From assembly GCA_965214835.1 (NCBI GenBank), contig CBDCCK010000002.1, positions 2,144,001-2,208,000 on the forward strand: a stretch of DNA of 64,000 nucleotides. Reading direction: 5' to 3'. Of the stretch, positions 52,088 to 62,121 are shown in pieces. The stretch's first letter is position 1. Each line of letters opens with the position of its first letter. Position numbers and translations under genes: made by a program. Below the pieces are notes generated by a model that saw only the letters and a program-made list of their open reading frames with translations, was not told where the DNA came from and did not search any database. The DNA comes from Nitrosopumilaceae archaeon. GTDB taxonomy: Archaea; Thermoproteota; Nitrososphaeria; Nitrososphaerales; Nitrosopumilaceae.

Positions 52088-52819
52088 ATGACCCTTGAGA
52101 TAATTCCCGTGTGCTTTGAGGATTATGTCGACGATAAAACCGATCTGGCCTCTGTAATCGAGCAAGGAATCAAGCTGCAAGACGGCGACATAGTCGTCGT
52201 ATCCCAAAAGATCATCTCAAAGCAGGAGGGCAGGGTCGTGCCCCTTGACTCTGTGACACCCTCACTGCTTGCGCAGGGGATTGCATCCCAGTATCAAAAG
52301 GATCCCAGGCTTGTCGAGCTGATTCTGTCCGAGTCCAGGCGCATTGTCAGGATGGAGAGGGGCGTCATCATCGTAGAGACGCACCACGGATTCGTATGCG
52401 CCAATGCAGGCATAGACCAGAGCAACGTATCCATGGGACACGCCACGCTGCTTCCTGTCGACTCTGATGCATCGGCACGCAGGCTCAGGCAGAGGCTTTT
52501 GGTAAAAACCGGAAGGTCCACGGCGGTAATAGTCTCTGATACCTTCGGACGCCCGTTTAGAACAGGACAGGCCGACTGTGCGCTGGGGGTGTCCGGGATA
52601 AATCCGATTGAGGACTATAGGGGAACAAGCGACTCTGCCGGAAGAAAGCTGCGGGTATCTGTTACTGCCGTTGCCGATGAGATCTGCGCCGCCGCCGAGC
52701 TAGTCAAGGGCAAGTCAGGCAACTGCCCGATTGCAGTTGTCAGGAACCTCGGGTTCACTGCCTCAGATGACTCTGTCAATTCACTGCTTCGCCCAGAAGA
52801 CGAGGATCTGTTCAGATGA
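52088..52819 (+). CDS. cofE: Coenzyme F420:L-glutamate ligase
   Basis: SQKIISKQEGR, CANAGIDQSN, SDTFGRPFR, EDLFR. Confidence 0.93.
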   Translation: MTLEIIPVCFEDYVDDKTDLASVIEQGIKLQDGDIVVVSQKIISKQEGRVVPLDSVTPSLLAQGIASQYQKDPRLVELILSESRRIVRMERGVIIVETHHGFVCANAGIDQSNVSMGHATLLPVDSDASARRLRQRLLVKTGRSTAVIVSDTFGRPFRTGQADCALGVSGINPIEDYRGTSDSAGRKLRVSVTAVADEICAAAELVKGKSGNCPIAVVRNLGFTASDDSVNSLLRPEDEDLFR

Positions 52820-52859
52820 TTCAATAGGATTATAATCTCGACGCCGACACCCACACCTG

Positions 52860-53777
52860 TTGACAATCAGAGCAGAGCTTCACTGCCATAACGTGTTTTC
52901 AAACTTTCATGTGGGCGAAAAGGAGCCCCCATATGATTGCAGCGTATCGATCCGGGATCAGCTGGAGCGGGCACTGGATCTGGGCATCAACTCGCTTTTT
53001 GTGACCAACCACAACACCATGGACGGATATGCGCAGCTGCGGGACTATCAGCATGATCATGAAAAGTTCAAGGGGATAACGATCTTTCCTGCCGAGGAGA
53101 TCACGATTGATACCGGGGCACATGTTCTGGCATATGGGATTTGCTCGGAGATAAGGCCCGGGATGACACTTGATGAGACGATCGACGAGATCCGCCGCCA
53201 GGACGGGGTCTCATCTGCACCGCACCCGTTCAGCCTGCTTGATGCGCTGCGGGCCGATGCGTCAAAATGCGACATGATAGAGGTCTTCAACAGCAACAAC
53301 GTTGACGTGATCTCAAACGCGCATGCCGCAGAGTTTGCCCTTGAGAACAACATGACAAAGGTCGCGGGAAGCGACTCACACGTGCTGTCGACGCTGGGAA
53401 GATGCGTAAACGTCATAGACGCCCAAAACACCCTGGATGACGCGCTGTCTGGGATGAGGCACGACCGCATCGACATCGAGCAGACGGGCTATGCGTGGGA
53501 GTCTGAGACCCTCGAGCACATAAAATACAAGATCGACAACTCAAGGGACTATCTGGCGCAGTTTATCAAAGACGAATATCCAAACGCTGCTTGGTTCCTC
53601 TCGTTTTTGCTGCGTATATACAGCTCCCACCAGAACAGCTACTTGTGGTCGATATTCTACAAGATTGCAATCCGGTTGATGAGGCGGCTTTCGGCAAAGA
53701 TCAACGACGGGGGCCTTGATCCAGGCTTTATGAAGGGCCGCAACCTAGGAGAGATGTTCAGGGTTGCAATATCATAG
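52860..53777 (+). CDS. PHP-domain metal-dependent phosphoesterase
   Basis: ELHCH, TNHN, AEEI, APHPF, GSDSH. Confidence 0.88.
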   Translation: MTIRAELHCHNVFSNFHVGEKEPPYDCSVSIRDQLERALDLGINSLFVTNHNTMDGYAQLRDYQHDHEKFKGITIFPAEEITIDTGAHVLAYGICSEIRPGMTLDETIDEIRRQDGVSSAPHPFSLLDALRADASKCDMIEVFNSNNVDVISNAHAAEFALENNMTKVAGSDSHVLSTLGRCVNVIDAQNTLDDALSGMRHDRIDIEQTGYAWESETLEHIKYKIDNSRDYLAQFIKDEYPNAAWFLSFLLRIYSSHQNSYLWSIFYKIAIRLMRRLSAKINDGGLDPGFMKGRNLGEMFRVAIS

Positions 53778-53898
53778 ATCCGGCCGGATGCGATGCCAAA
53801 ACTACGTGAAACAGCGTCCATAAGGGGCAGTAGCACATTTCCCAACTGCGAACCAGTCTTCCTAGAAGTAACCCGACTTATGGAGGTGCAGACGGCCA

Positions 53899-53977
53899 TG
53901 TGCGGATCTGTAGGCAGCCTGGCTTGAACTATTTCGAGCTTGGAACCGTTTTACGGGGAACTTTTGGGAAGACTGGC
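53899..53977. repeat. Dispersed repeat, second copy at about 57245-57321
   Basis: TGTGCGGATCTG...TTGGAACCGTTTTACGGGGAAC.TTTGGGAAG.CTGG shared. Confidence 0.65.
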
Positions 53978-54025
53978 GAGAACAACTAGATATTAATATA
54001 CAAATCAGTGCCTCTTACATGTAAC

Positions 54026-54256
54026 ATGCCTGAAGAAAAAAAACTGGACGCAACAGGACTGTTCTGCCCCGAACCGGTCTTTCGCACAAAAATCCAAATC
54101 GAAAGGATGCAGGCAGGCGAGGTTCTGACCGTAACGGCAGATGATCCCGCAGCCGAGGAGGACATCTCAAGATGGGTCCAAAGACAGGGCCACGAGCTGC
54201 TTGACGTGTCCAGGGATGGCGCAAAAATCACGCTTTCAATCAAAAAGGTAAAGTAG
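54026..54256 (+). CDS. tusA: TusA/SirA-family sulfur carrier
   Basis: LDATGLFCPEP, ADDPAA..DI..W. Confidence 0.9.
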   Translation: MPEEKKLDATGLFCPEPVFRTKIQIERMQAGEVLTVTADDPAAEEDISRWVQRQGHELLDVSRDGAKITLSIKKVK

Positions 54257-54689
54257 CCATGGGATGCGGCCCACCGGTGTTGTTGGCAGGATTGGAAACA
54301 CCCTACTTGAGCTCTGGCTCCTGTCCTGTGATGGTGCAAGATACTTTGCAAACATCTGCTTGGATATGGTGCCCTTTTTTGCGTTCTCCCATTCTGGTAC
54401 CTCATTGTGGCGAACTCGCTAGAGTCGTCAAGCAGCATCCCCCCCCGGCGTCTGCGCATGCCTGCGCTGCGAGCACGGATCTCAACACCTTCATATCCCA
54501 CGCGGCTATCTTAGTTGCTGTCGCATGCAGGGACGATTTGGATGGGATCTTTTTGAGCCTATACGTGTTGACAGAGCCCGGATGCAGGTACATGGTAATC
54601 GTTTAGGCTGAGCACAAGGCCAATTTTTGATTACCACTTGGATCTGTATGCTCCCAGATCACACCTAGATTCGTTGCCTGGCTAGGAAA

Positions 54690-55280
54690 CCAAGGTACTG
54701 CGCGACGAGCTGGTCCGCGTCATAGCGAAGCGTGATAAGATGAAAAGGGAGCCTGCTATACAGCTTGAGGAGCTTACCATACATCTGGCCGAGGCCATGG
54801 CACGAAACGCGATGCTGGAAGCAGAAAACCAGCAGCTCAGGCAGAAGGGGCCTGCCACCGAAAGTGCAGATGGCAGGCCCGAGGAGACAGCACCTTACGC
54901 ACAAACGGTCGGGCTTGCGGCAGAAAACAAGCAGCTCAGGCAGTACATCAAATACTACGAGAACCCGTACAACCACTCCTCGCAGAACTCGATTCCGACC
55001 CGGCAGAAAAAGGCCGCCGCGGCAAAGGCCTCAGGCGAGGTACCGGCATCTACAAAGGCAAAGCCGGGCCGCAAGCAGGGACGCGAGGAAGTATCACACA
55101 CCAGAAAGCCGACCCAGTCTGAAGGGCACCGCCCAAAAAGTGCAACAGGTGCGGCGGCACCAGCATGAAGGATCCGGGGAAGGTGTTCTCCGAGACTGTG
55201 ACTGAGATCCCCGAGATGCCCAAGGTCGTCACCACGCAGCATATGGCATACAGGTATACGTGCGCCGGCTGCGGCCGCAA
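54690..55280 (+). pseudogene. 5' fragment of an IS66 type-1 transposase
   Basis: Nucleotide similarity to 7760-7787 plus 8896-9350. Confidence 0.85.
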
Positions 55281-55367
55281 GTGCTTTACTCCCTCCCGAA
55301 AATGGGCATGGTGGGCACGGTGATCAAGGTTCTGACCTGCAGTGTCGCTTATGGGGTAAACTCTTAC
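55277..55367. mobile_element. MITE family A, diverged left end
   Basis: Ends GTGTCGCTTATGGGGTAAACTCTTAC. Confidence 0.8.
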
Positions 55368-55596
55368 GATCGTCTGAAGGTCACGTATATGCCGACTGCA
55401 ACGCAGCAGATCAGCGCCGTAGAAAATTATTGGGATCAGTCAAAGAGGGACATACTGGCCTCCGAGTATTATTCCATGTTTGAGGATATGAGGCGTATGC
55501 TGTCCGAATGCCTGAGGACTACCAGCTTCAACCACGATGTCATGGAGTACCTTGGAAGCAAGCCAAAATTTTCATGAACTTGTGTTCTTCGCTATG
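55368..55596 (+). pseudogene. 3' fragment of an IS630 transposase
   Basis: YMPTATQQISAVENYW..SKR resembles the IS630 P.LN..E..W motif; TIR-like ACTTGTGTTCTTCGCTA. Confidence 0.65.
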
Positions 55597-55699
55597 CGTC
55601 CCATTAAAGGATGACCTGCCGAAGGATATCACGGCAAAGATTATCGCCGATCCAACGGGCATGAAACATGCTCAGAATACACTGTACCTGATTTCCACG

Positions 55700-56191
55700 T
55701 CATTGGTCAGACGCGGTTCGTCTCTTAGCTGAATCCCCACTTTGCGTGATTTTGATTACTGGTTGCGAGTCAACATTGTAGATCGGCTCGCCGTTTTTAC
55801 TGAATCCGTCCAATTTACGCACTTGGCCTATCACTGATTTCACACTCATTATGTCCCCATTGCTCAGATCATACGTGTTGAATTCTTCTCTTAGGGTAAT
55901 GGTTTTGACATCATCATCTAATACGAATAATGATCCTTGCTGCCGTGGCGATTCAGCCTGTGGTTTCCGTCTGTTTCCGTCTACAAACACATGCAAATCG
56001 CTCACGGAATTGATTGCTATGCGACGCCTATCGGTGGGATCAATTACTAGATGGCTTATTCTGATTAGCAAGCTCAGTATTGAGCCGTCGGGAAGCTTGT
56101 AGAAGCTAGGCTGTAATGGTTTCTGAGGCGTCGCAGTCACATACCCCATGTTCTTTATGCTACCATAGATTTCTTGTATGGGAACGCTCAT
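55700..56191 (-). CDS. Hypothetical protein with an internally duplicated beta domain
   Basis: FYKLPDGSIL / TYDLSNGDIM repeats; NGEPIYNV. Confidence 0.7.
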   Translation of the reverse strand: MSVPIQEIYGSIKNMGYVTATPQKPLQPSFYKLPDGSILSLLIRISHLVIDPTDRRRIAINSVSDLHVFVDGNRRKPQAESPRQQGSLFVLDDDVKTITLREEFNTYDLSNGDIMSVKSVIGQVRKLDGFSKNGEPIYNVDSQPVIKITQSGDSAKRRTASDQ

Positions 56192-56382
56192 TTTACATCC
56201 TTGAATTTTCTACAGGTAATTTCACCGTTTTCTTTGCCGTGAAAGACCACCCATGATTTTTTAAACAGGTCGTCTCTCTCAGATATCAAGTGCTCACACG
56301 GCTTGAGTTTTGCTTGGGAGCGATACACCTTTTTGAATTTCCCACGCATCCCGAATATGGTGGCATCTATTTCATAACTCAT
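56188..56382 (-). CDS. Small hypothetical protein
   Basis: ATGA overlaps with both neighbours. Confidence 0.6.
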   Translation of the reverse strand: MSYEIDATIFGMRGKFKKVYRSQAKLKPCEHLISERDDLFKKSWVVFHGKENGEITCRKFKDVK

Positions 56383-56693
56383 TTTTCTGGCACGAATTTG
56401 TAAAAGTCAACATAGTCGTCGCTTTTTTTAACGATAAATTCCTCACCATTCCATGTTACACGATACGGTTTGTCAGTCTTCATGACTTTGGAATTGTATG
56501 CAACCTCTTCAATGCCATCCACCGTCCTGACATATACCGGCAGAGGGATATCCAGATCAAATATGCGTGATTTGGTGGTACACTTAATTTTTTCAAGCTT
56601 GATCTCATCATTAGAAATCAAGCACTGGGAATAATCACATGATGTGTGGCTATCATATGGTCTGTGATCATAATATTCTGATTGTCTGGCCAT
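56379..56693 (-). CDS. Hypothetical protein
   Basis: AT-rich ORF, first gene of a coupled trio. Confidence 0.6.
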   Translation of the reverse strand: MARQSEYYDHRPYDSHTSCDYSQCLISNDEIKLEKIKCTTKSRIFDLDIPLPVYVRTVDGIEEVAYNSKVMKTDKPYRVTWNGEEFIVKKSDDYVDFYKFVPEK

Positions 56694-56891
56694 AGAAATT
56701 TGCATAAAGTGACATCCGCAAATCATTACTTAAATCTTTAGACCTTGGCAGTAGACGGAAATGTACCCCACCCCAACTACTGGCAGGCAGCATGAAATAA
56801 TCCACCAAAGGTACAAGCAAATCTAGATCCACCCAATCTATCTACATGGCGCCCCTGCCCGCCATGTTGCGTAAACAAAAAGGCGAGCAGA

Positions 56892-57239
56892 AGCACCTTA
56901 CGCACAAACGGTCGGGCTTGCGGCAGAAAACAAGCAGCTCAGGCAGCACATCAAATACTACGAGAACCCGTACATCCACTCCTCGTAGAACTCGATTCCG
57001 ACCCGGCAGAAAAAGGCCGCCGCGGCAAAGGCCTCAGGCGAGGTACCGGCATCTACAAAGGCAAAGCCGGGCCGCAAGCAGGGACGCGAGGAAGTATCAC
57101 ATACCAGAAAGCCGACCCAGTCTGAAGGGCACCGCCCAAAAAGTGCGACAGGTGCGGCGGCACCAGCATGAAGGATCCGGGGAAGGTGTTCTCCGAGGCT
57201 GTGACTGAGATCCCCGAGATGCCCAAGGCCGTCACCACG
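56892..57239 (+). repeat. 348-bp near-identical direct repeat of IS66 fragment 54889-55236
   Basis: Direct sequence comparison; carries a premature TAG. Confidence 0.9.
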
Positions 57240-57538
57240 GCGGTGTGCGGATCTGCATGCAGTTTAACCTAAATTGTGTCAGATTTGGAACCGTTTTACG
57301 GGGAACCTTTGGGAAGGCTGGACAGGCAGCTACATATTCATGTCTGATGGCATCCACAAGGTAACGGTTAAGACATTCAGAGATTTCTATAATCCAAAAA
57401 GTAGTTCACCCCTTCTCCGAGGGTGTAAAGTCGGTAAGGATCAGATGCACGGGCCTCATGCATGCCACTGGAAACAAGGGTGTGTGGGTCTGGCGCAAAA
57501 GGGCTGGTAAATACGTCAGTCTTGCACGCCCCAACAAC

Positions 57539-58577
57539 ATGAATCTAAACAAGTCAGGCGTACAGTGGATAGTACGCCAAAAGCAAAAGGGAGACATGAC
57601 AAACGCCCAGATAGCCGAATCCATGAACGTCTCGGTCCGCTGGGTACAGAAACTGTGGGCCCGGCACAGGTCAGGCACCGTACAGGACATATCGCACCCC
57701 GCACGGATGGGAAGGCCCCAGAACGGCATGCCCGGGCGCAGGGAGCACTCGGCGGTCCTCTCGGTGCGACCTGGCGGATTCTGGACGTGGCTCAACGAGG
57801 CCGTCCTGGCGCAGGGAGCACTCGGCGGTCCTCTCGGTGCGACCCTCCGAGCACCTAGGCGCGGCATCACTGCAGGATCTCATAAGGGAAAAGACCGGGA
57901 TTAATATCCCGCGACATACACTGCACGGCATGCTAAAGGACGAGGGGATGGCCAGAGACGAGCCCAACGGGCGCAGAAAACGCAGGTGGCTGCGCTGGGA
58001 GATGGAGTATTCCAACTCCATGTGGCACACCGATTGGAAGCAGATACACGGCGGAATGCACGACGGCAGGTGGTTTTTGTGCTACGAGGACGACGCATCC
58101 CGGTTCGTGACCGGATACGGCATATTTGACAACGCGACTACAGAAAACGCCCTCAAGGTGCTTGACGGGGCCATGCAGAAGCACGGCAGGCCCGCCTCCA
58201 TAATGACGGACCACGGAAGCCAGTTCTATGCAAACGAAAAACAGGGTGCAAAGAGGGGGCACAGCGAGTTCGAGGAGAGCCTGGAGGCCCTAGGCATACG
58301 GCAGGTCCTTGCCGGGGTGCGCCACCCGCAGACAAACGGCAAGGTCGAGAGGCTGCACGGCGAGATACAGCGCAAGCTGCACGAGTTTGAGGATATCATG
58401 ATGAGAACAAGCGATCCCATGGATCTGTTCATGAAATGGTACAACTACGACAGGCCCCACATGTCCCTTGACCGGGAGAACCGGGAGACGCCGGCGCAGG
58501 CATATGAGCGCAAGATGCCTCCTGCGGGCGAAACGGTCATAGATGGGCAGACCAGGGAGGAATATCATGTCAGATAG
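57539..58577 (+). pseudogene. IS481 transposase frameshifted by a 73-bp duplication/insertion
   Basis: HTH N-terminus, WHTDWK, DDASR, TDHGSQF, PQTNGKVER, YNYDRPH. Confidence 0.88.
57735..57844. repeat. 37-bp perfect direct repeat flanking a 36-nt insert
   Basis: GGCGCAGGGAGCACTCGGCGGTCCTCTCGGTGCGACC at 57735-57771 and 57808-57844. Confidence 0.95.
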
Positions 58578-58930
58578 GGGGGGGGGGTGAACTACTTTTC
58601 GGATCCCACAAGACATTCAGAGATTGCAAAAGGAATTATACTATCGATAATCGTACAATCAGGATTGGGCGGGGAGATCTCTGTGAGATGATGCCTTTGT
58701 GGTCGTAAGGGCGGTATTTGGGAAGAACGGGCTGCTGATCAGCCCCCATTACTAGTCTATGCATCCATGAGAAAATACCGCATAGGGGCCGGATATACAG
58801 TGGGCATCTTTGCAGGCAACGGCAGAAAGTTCGGGAGCGTTTATGCGTCACACGACATAATGACTGGACAGGAGTTTGACTCTGCACTAGAGGATGCAAG
58901 GCACGTCTCGAGGCTTGTCTGTTGGAACCT

Positions 58931-59923
58931 TTATGGGTTCTCTTCTAGGTACCTGTTCACGTCAATTGCCGCCATGCAGCCATATCCTGCAGCGGTGACT
59001 GCCTGCCTGTACCTGTGATCGTGCACGTCGCCTGCCGCAAAGACCCCCTCGACACTCGTGCACGTATTCTCCGAGATCTTGATGTACCCCTGATCATCCA
59101 GATCAACCTGGCTTGCAAACAGCTCCGTATTTGGGGTGTGACCGATGGCTACAAAGACCCCGCCTGCTGTCAGCAATGATGTCTCCCTGCTCTTTGTATT
59201 CTTTAGCGTGACATTCTGAACCTTTTCGTCGCCTGCAATCTCCTCGATGATCGTGTTTGTATGGAACCTTATCTTTTCGTTGTCCAGTGCGCGCTCGTGC
59301 ATGACCCTGCTGGCCCTGAACACATCCCTTCTGTGGATGATGTGCACGGTGCTTGCAAACTTTGTAAGAAACGTGGCCTCTTCCATGGCAGAATCCCCTC
59401 CGCCGACTACGACTAGCTCCTGGTTTCTAAAGAATGGGCCATCACAGGTCGCACAGTACGAGACGCCCCTTCCTGCGTATCTCTCCTCGGACTCTAGGCC
59501 CAGCTTCCTGGGGCTTGCGCCCGTGGCGATGATGACTGCCCTTGCCTCGTATTCCTCGGAGGATGTCAGTACCTTGAACGGCCTCTTTCTGAAATCCACA
59601 TTGACTGCCACGTCGTCGACGATCGTGGTCCCCATCCGGAGAGTCTGCTCCCTTATCGTTATCATCAGATCCGGGCCCATGATCCCGTCCTTGAATCCCG
59701 GATAGTTCTCAACGTCCGTGGTGTTGACCAGCTGCCCCCCGGGGAGAATCCCCGACAGTATCAGGGTGTCGTGCCTTGCCCTTGAGCAGTAAATCCCCGC
59801 GGTATACCCTGCCGGTCCCGCTCCGATGATTATCACATCATACCTTGTTTTTTTCTTGTCCGGACTTTTCGGCGGTTCGTTTTTGCTTTCTAGCACCGTT
59901 CCCGAATCCGAGCTTGCCATCAT
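58931..59923 (-). CDS. trxB: Thioredoxin-disulfide reductase
   Basis: GAGPAG, CATCDG, GGGDSAMEEA, YRQAVTAAG. Confidence 0.96.
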   Translation of the reverse strand: MMASSDSGTVLESKNEPPKSPDKKKTRYDVIIIGAGPAGYTAGIYCSRARHDTLILSGILPGGQLVNTTDVENYPGFKDGIMGPDLMITIREQTLRMGTTIVDDVAVNVDFRKRPFKVLTSSEEYEARAVIIATGASPRKLGLESEERYAGRGVSYCATCDGPFFRNQELVVVGGGDSAMEEATFLTKFASTVHIIHRRDVFRASRVMHERALDNEKIRFHTNTIIEEIAGDEKVQNVTLKNTKSRETSLLTAGGVFVAIGHTPNTELFASQVDLDDQGYIKISENTCTSVEGVFAAGDVHDHRYRQAVTAAGYGCMAAIDVNRYLEENP

Positions 59924-60505
59924 AGAATGCCATCGGACACTTGATTAATTTAAGTTCTTCACCGCTTCATCCAGGCGAAACGTGCCACAGCTGGAGCCGA
60001 AAGAACAAGAGATGCAGGCTTGTCAGCCCTAGCAAGTGCAGGGGGGATAAATCAGGGTGTGGCTTATAATCAGCAAATTTTGGTCTGCGCGGGCACAAGT
60101 CTGCGCATGACGGATCAAAATACCCGCAAAATCCAAAGTCATGATCGCTTTTATGTGGGACGCAGACCCTTGGCAAAAAATGGGAAGGGAGTACAGACCG
60201 TCCATTTGACTAGGTGTTTTTCAAACCCCGTCAAGACATCCGGTGGACGCTGTGGCCAAACATGAAGCCGCAGATGTGGCTGTGCGACAAGTGGATCGCA
60301 GAGGCTGCTGCCGTGTAGGAACCGCGTGCCCGCCATGATCCGGGCGGATCGACTGGGCTCTAGTCGGAGTTATGCAGCAGACCATCACGCATCTGATCTG
60401 CAGTCGAGCCGGGCATAGCATACGCCGGTTTGGGTCAAGTCCGGCAGAACCGCAAGCACGTCAGGTACCCGGCCTGATGCGCATTTTGCATGGCCGGATC
60501 CGGCG

Positions 60506-61279
60506 CTAGCCCATTGCCGAATCCAGGATCCTTTGGTGCCTTTCACACAGCCTCCCGACCCTGATCTGTGCGTGAAGCAGATCCCTCTGCCAGTGTGCAT
60601 TGAACAGCCTGCAGTCCCGGTCATCACAAAAGGGCTCCCCTGAAATATAGTACAGTAGCGCCTGCAGAAAGTAGCCCTCTGCAACCATGCCCAGCCTCTT
60701 GTCGCCGTACTCCAGAAAGGCCCCTGCGTACTTTTTCCTGAGGGCCTCTACGTTTATCCCCATCCTTGAGTTTGTGATCAGCTCCGCATAGTATTCCCTC
60801 GGCTTTGCCGGCGCCTCGATCATTCCCGTCGTGGAGATGACTGCCGGATTCGAGCATATTACCGCACGCCCATGGTACCTGTAGTCCGAACAGTCAAACG
60901 TACAGCTCAGCTTGTTTGTGAAAATCACATGGAAGACATCCCGGACCAGCTCGCCCTTGGGAATCAGCTGCCCCAAGGCATTCTGCAGCTCAATTCCGTC
61001 ATAGTATATGATGTTGGGGTTGTCTGCGGTGCTTTTGATGTTTTTTTCCTCAAAGCGGATCTCCTCCTGTGTCGGGTCGTGTCTCACAAAGGGCTCGCTG
61101 AGCCTGAAGATTCTGGCGGCCGCCACAAGGGATGGCGTATCGGGCCTGCCGTACGAGAGGATGGGACCTCTTTTTTCCACGTCCACTTTGAGGTTTTTCT
61201 GGGCAAACTCGACTAGGCAGTCTAGGTTGATCTCGGGCACGGAGGGCTCGTCATAGAAGACTATCCTGGAGATCCTCAA
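60506..61279 (-). CDS. Putative metallopeptidase-like protein (DUF6775-like)
   Basis: RYHGR, STTGMIEAPAKP, CRLFNAHWQ. Confidence 0.7.
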   Translation of the reverse strand: MRISRIVFYDEPSVPEINLDCLVEFAQKNLKVDVEKRGPILSYGRPDTPSLVAAARIFRLSEPFVRHDPTQEEIRFEEKNIKSTADNPNIIYYDGIELQNALGQLIPKGELVRDVFHVIFTNKLSCTFDCSDYRYHGRAVICSNPAVISTTGMIEAPAKPREYYAELITNSRMGINVEALRKKYAGAFLEYGDKRLGMVAEGYFLQALLYYISGEPFCDDRDCRLFNAHWQRDLLHAQIRVGRLCERHQRILDSAMG

Positions 61280-61302
61280 TACCGTGATGGCGCCATGGTG
61301 TC

Positions 61303-62121
61303 TTATCTTCCCAGCTCTTCTATCTTTTGGGCGGCAATCTCCGCTGCACGCTTTCCAGAGAAAAGCATCGAGCCAAATGTCGGCCCCATCCTGGGAAGCC
61401 CGTGCGTCTCTGTAACCGACATTCCAGCCGCAATCAGGCCCGGATACACCTGGCCTGTCTTGAGTACCACCTGATCCTCGCCGGATTCCACGTGCATCGG
61501 CTGCATTCCCTTCCAGTCTGCCAGCCCCCTGTCAACGAGTCTCTTTACTGCGACCGAGTCGTGTCCTGACGCGTCGATTACGACCCTTGCCTCCAGGGCA
61601 ACCGGATCCACGCATGTGATGTTTCTTGGAAGCGCAGAAACCGGCATCCAGTTGACAACAATGCCCTCTACCCTCTCATTTCTTAGGACAAGATCATCGA
61701 ACTTTGTAAGGTTTAGGAACTTTACCCCCGCGTCGCATGCGCCTGCGATCAGTTTTGAGACAGCATGCGGTCCTGGTGTCAGGTATAGCCCCTCTCCGAC
61801 CTGCTTGTACGGCACCTCCAACTCGTCCCAGATCTTCTGGGCAGGGGCCCTCACCGTCACGGGATTCATCATGTATCCGCCCAGCCAGTAGCCTCCGCCG
61901 AGGTAGTTGTTTTGCTCGATGACCAGTATCTTGTAGCCGTTGAGTGCAAGCTCCCTGCTTGCCGTAAGTCCTGCCGGACCGGCGCCGATAATTATGACGT
62001 CAGAGCTTGCCCTGTCGATTAGAACCTTGTGAAACTCCTCTACAATCGCCCTTGTAATTTCAACCTCCCTGACGTCTGCAAAGATTTTTGACTCTGACTG
62101 CGCGCTGACTGCCTCTTGCAT
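61303..62121 (-). CDS. thi4: Thiazole synthase Thi4
   Basis: GAGPAGL, LGGG.W.GG, CVDP, ASGHD, PRMGPTFGSML.SG. Confidence 0.93.
   Translation of the reverse strand: MQEAVSAQSESKIFADVREVEITRAIVEEFHKVLIDRASSDVIIIGAGPAGLTASRELALNGYKILVIEQNNYLGGGYWLGGYMMNPVTVRAPAQKIWDELEVPYKQVGEGLYLTPGPHAVSKLIAGACDAGVKFLNLTKFDDLVLRNERVEGIVVNWMPVSALPRNITCVDPVALEARVVIDASGHDSVAVKRLVDRGLADWKGMQPMHVESGEDQVVLKTGQVYPGLIAAGMSVTETHGLPRMGPTFGSMLFSGKRAAEIAAQKIEELGR

Larger units (their letters stand above)
57386..58610 (+). mobile_element. IS481-family element
   Basis: IRs ATCCAAAAAGTAGTTCACCCC / GGGGTGAACTACTTTTCGGATCCCACA; 15-bp flanking direct repeat AGACATTCAGAGATT. Confidence 0.88.

Noticed and set aside
54813-54945. 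99-bp extra segment with a repeated motif in the IS66 fragment as a third 37-bp event
   Set aside because: The repeat is about 24-30 bp, imperfect and in frame, and the spacing does not fit
15111-57844. Calling the two 37-bp repeat pairs CRISPR arrays
   Set aside because: Only two repeats each, the sequences are unrelated and are local gene sequence, and there is no leader or cas gene in the window; reported as integration scars instead
59940-60500. Long intergenic region as a possible ncRNA or tRNA locus
   Set aside because: No cloverleaf or known RNA motif; it appears to be decayed repeat debris, with G-family-like ends at about 60280 and 60375
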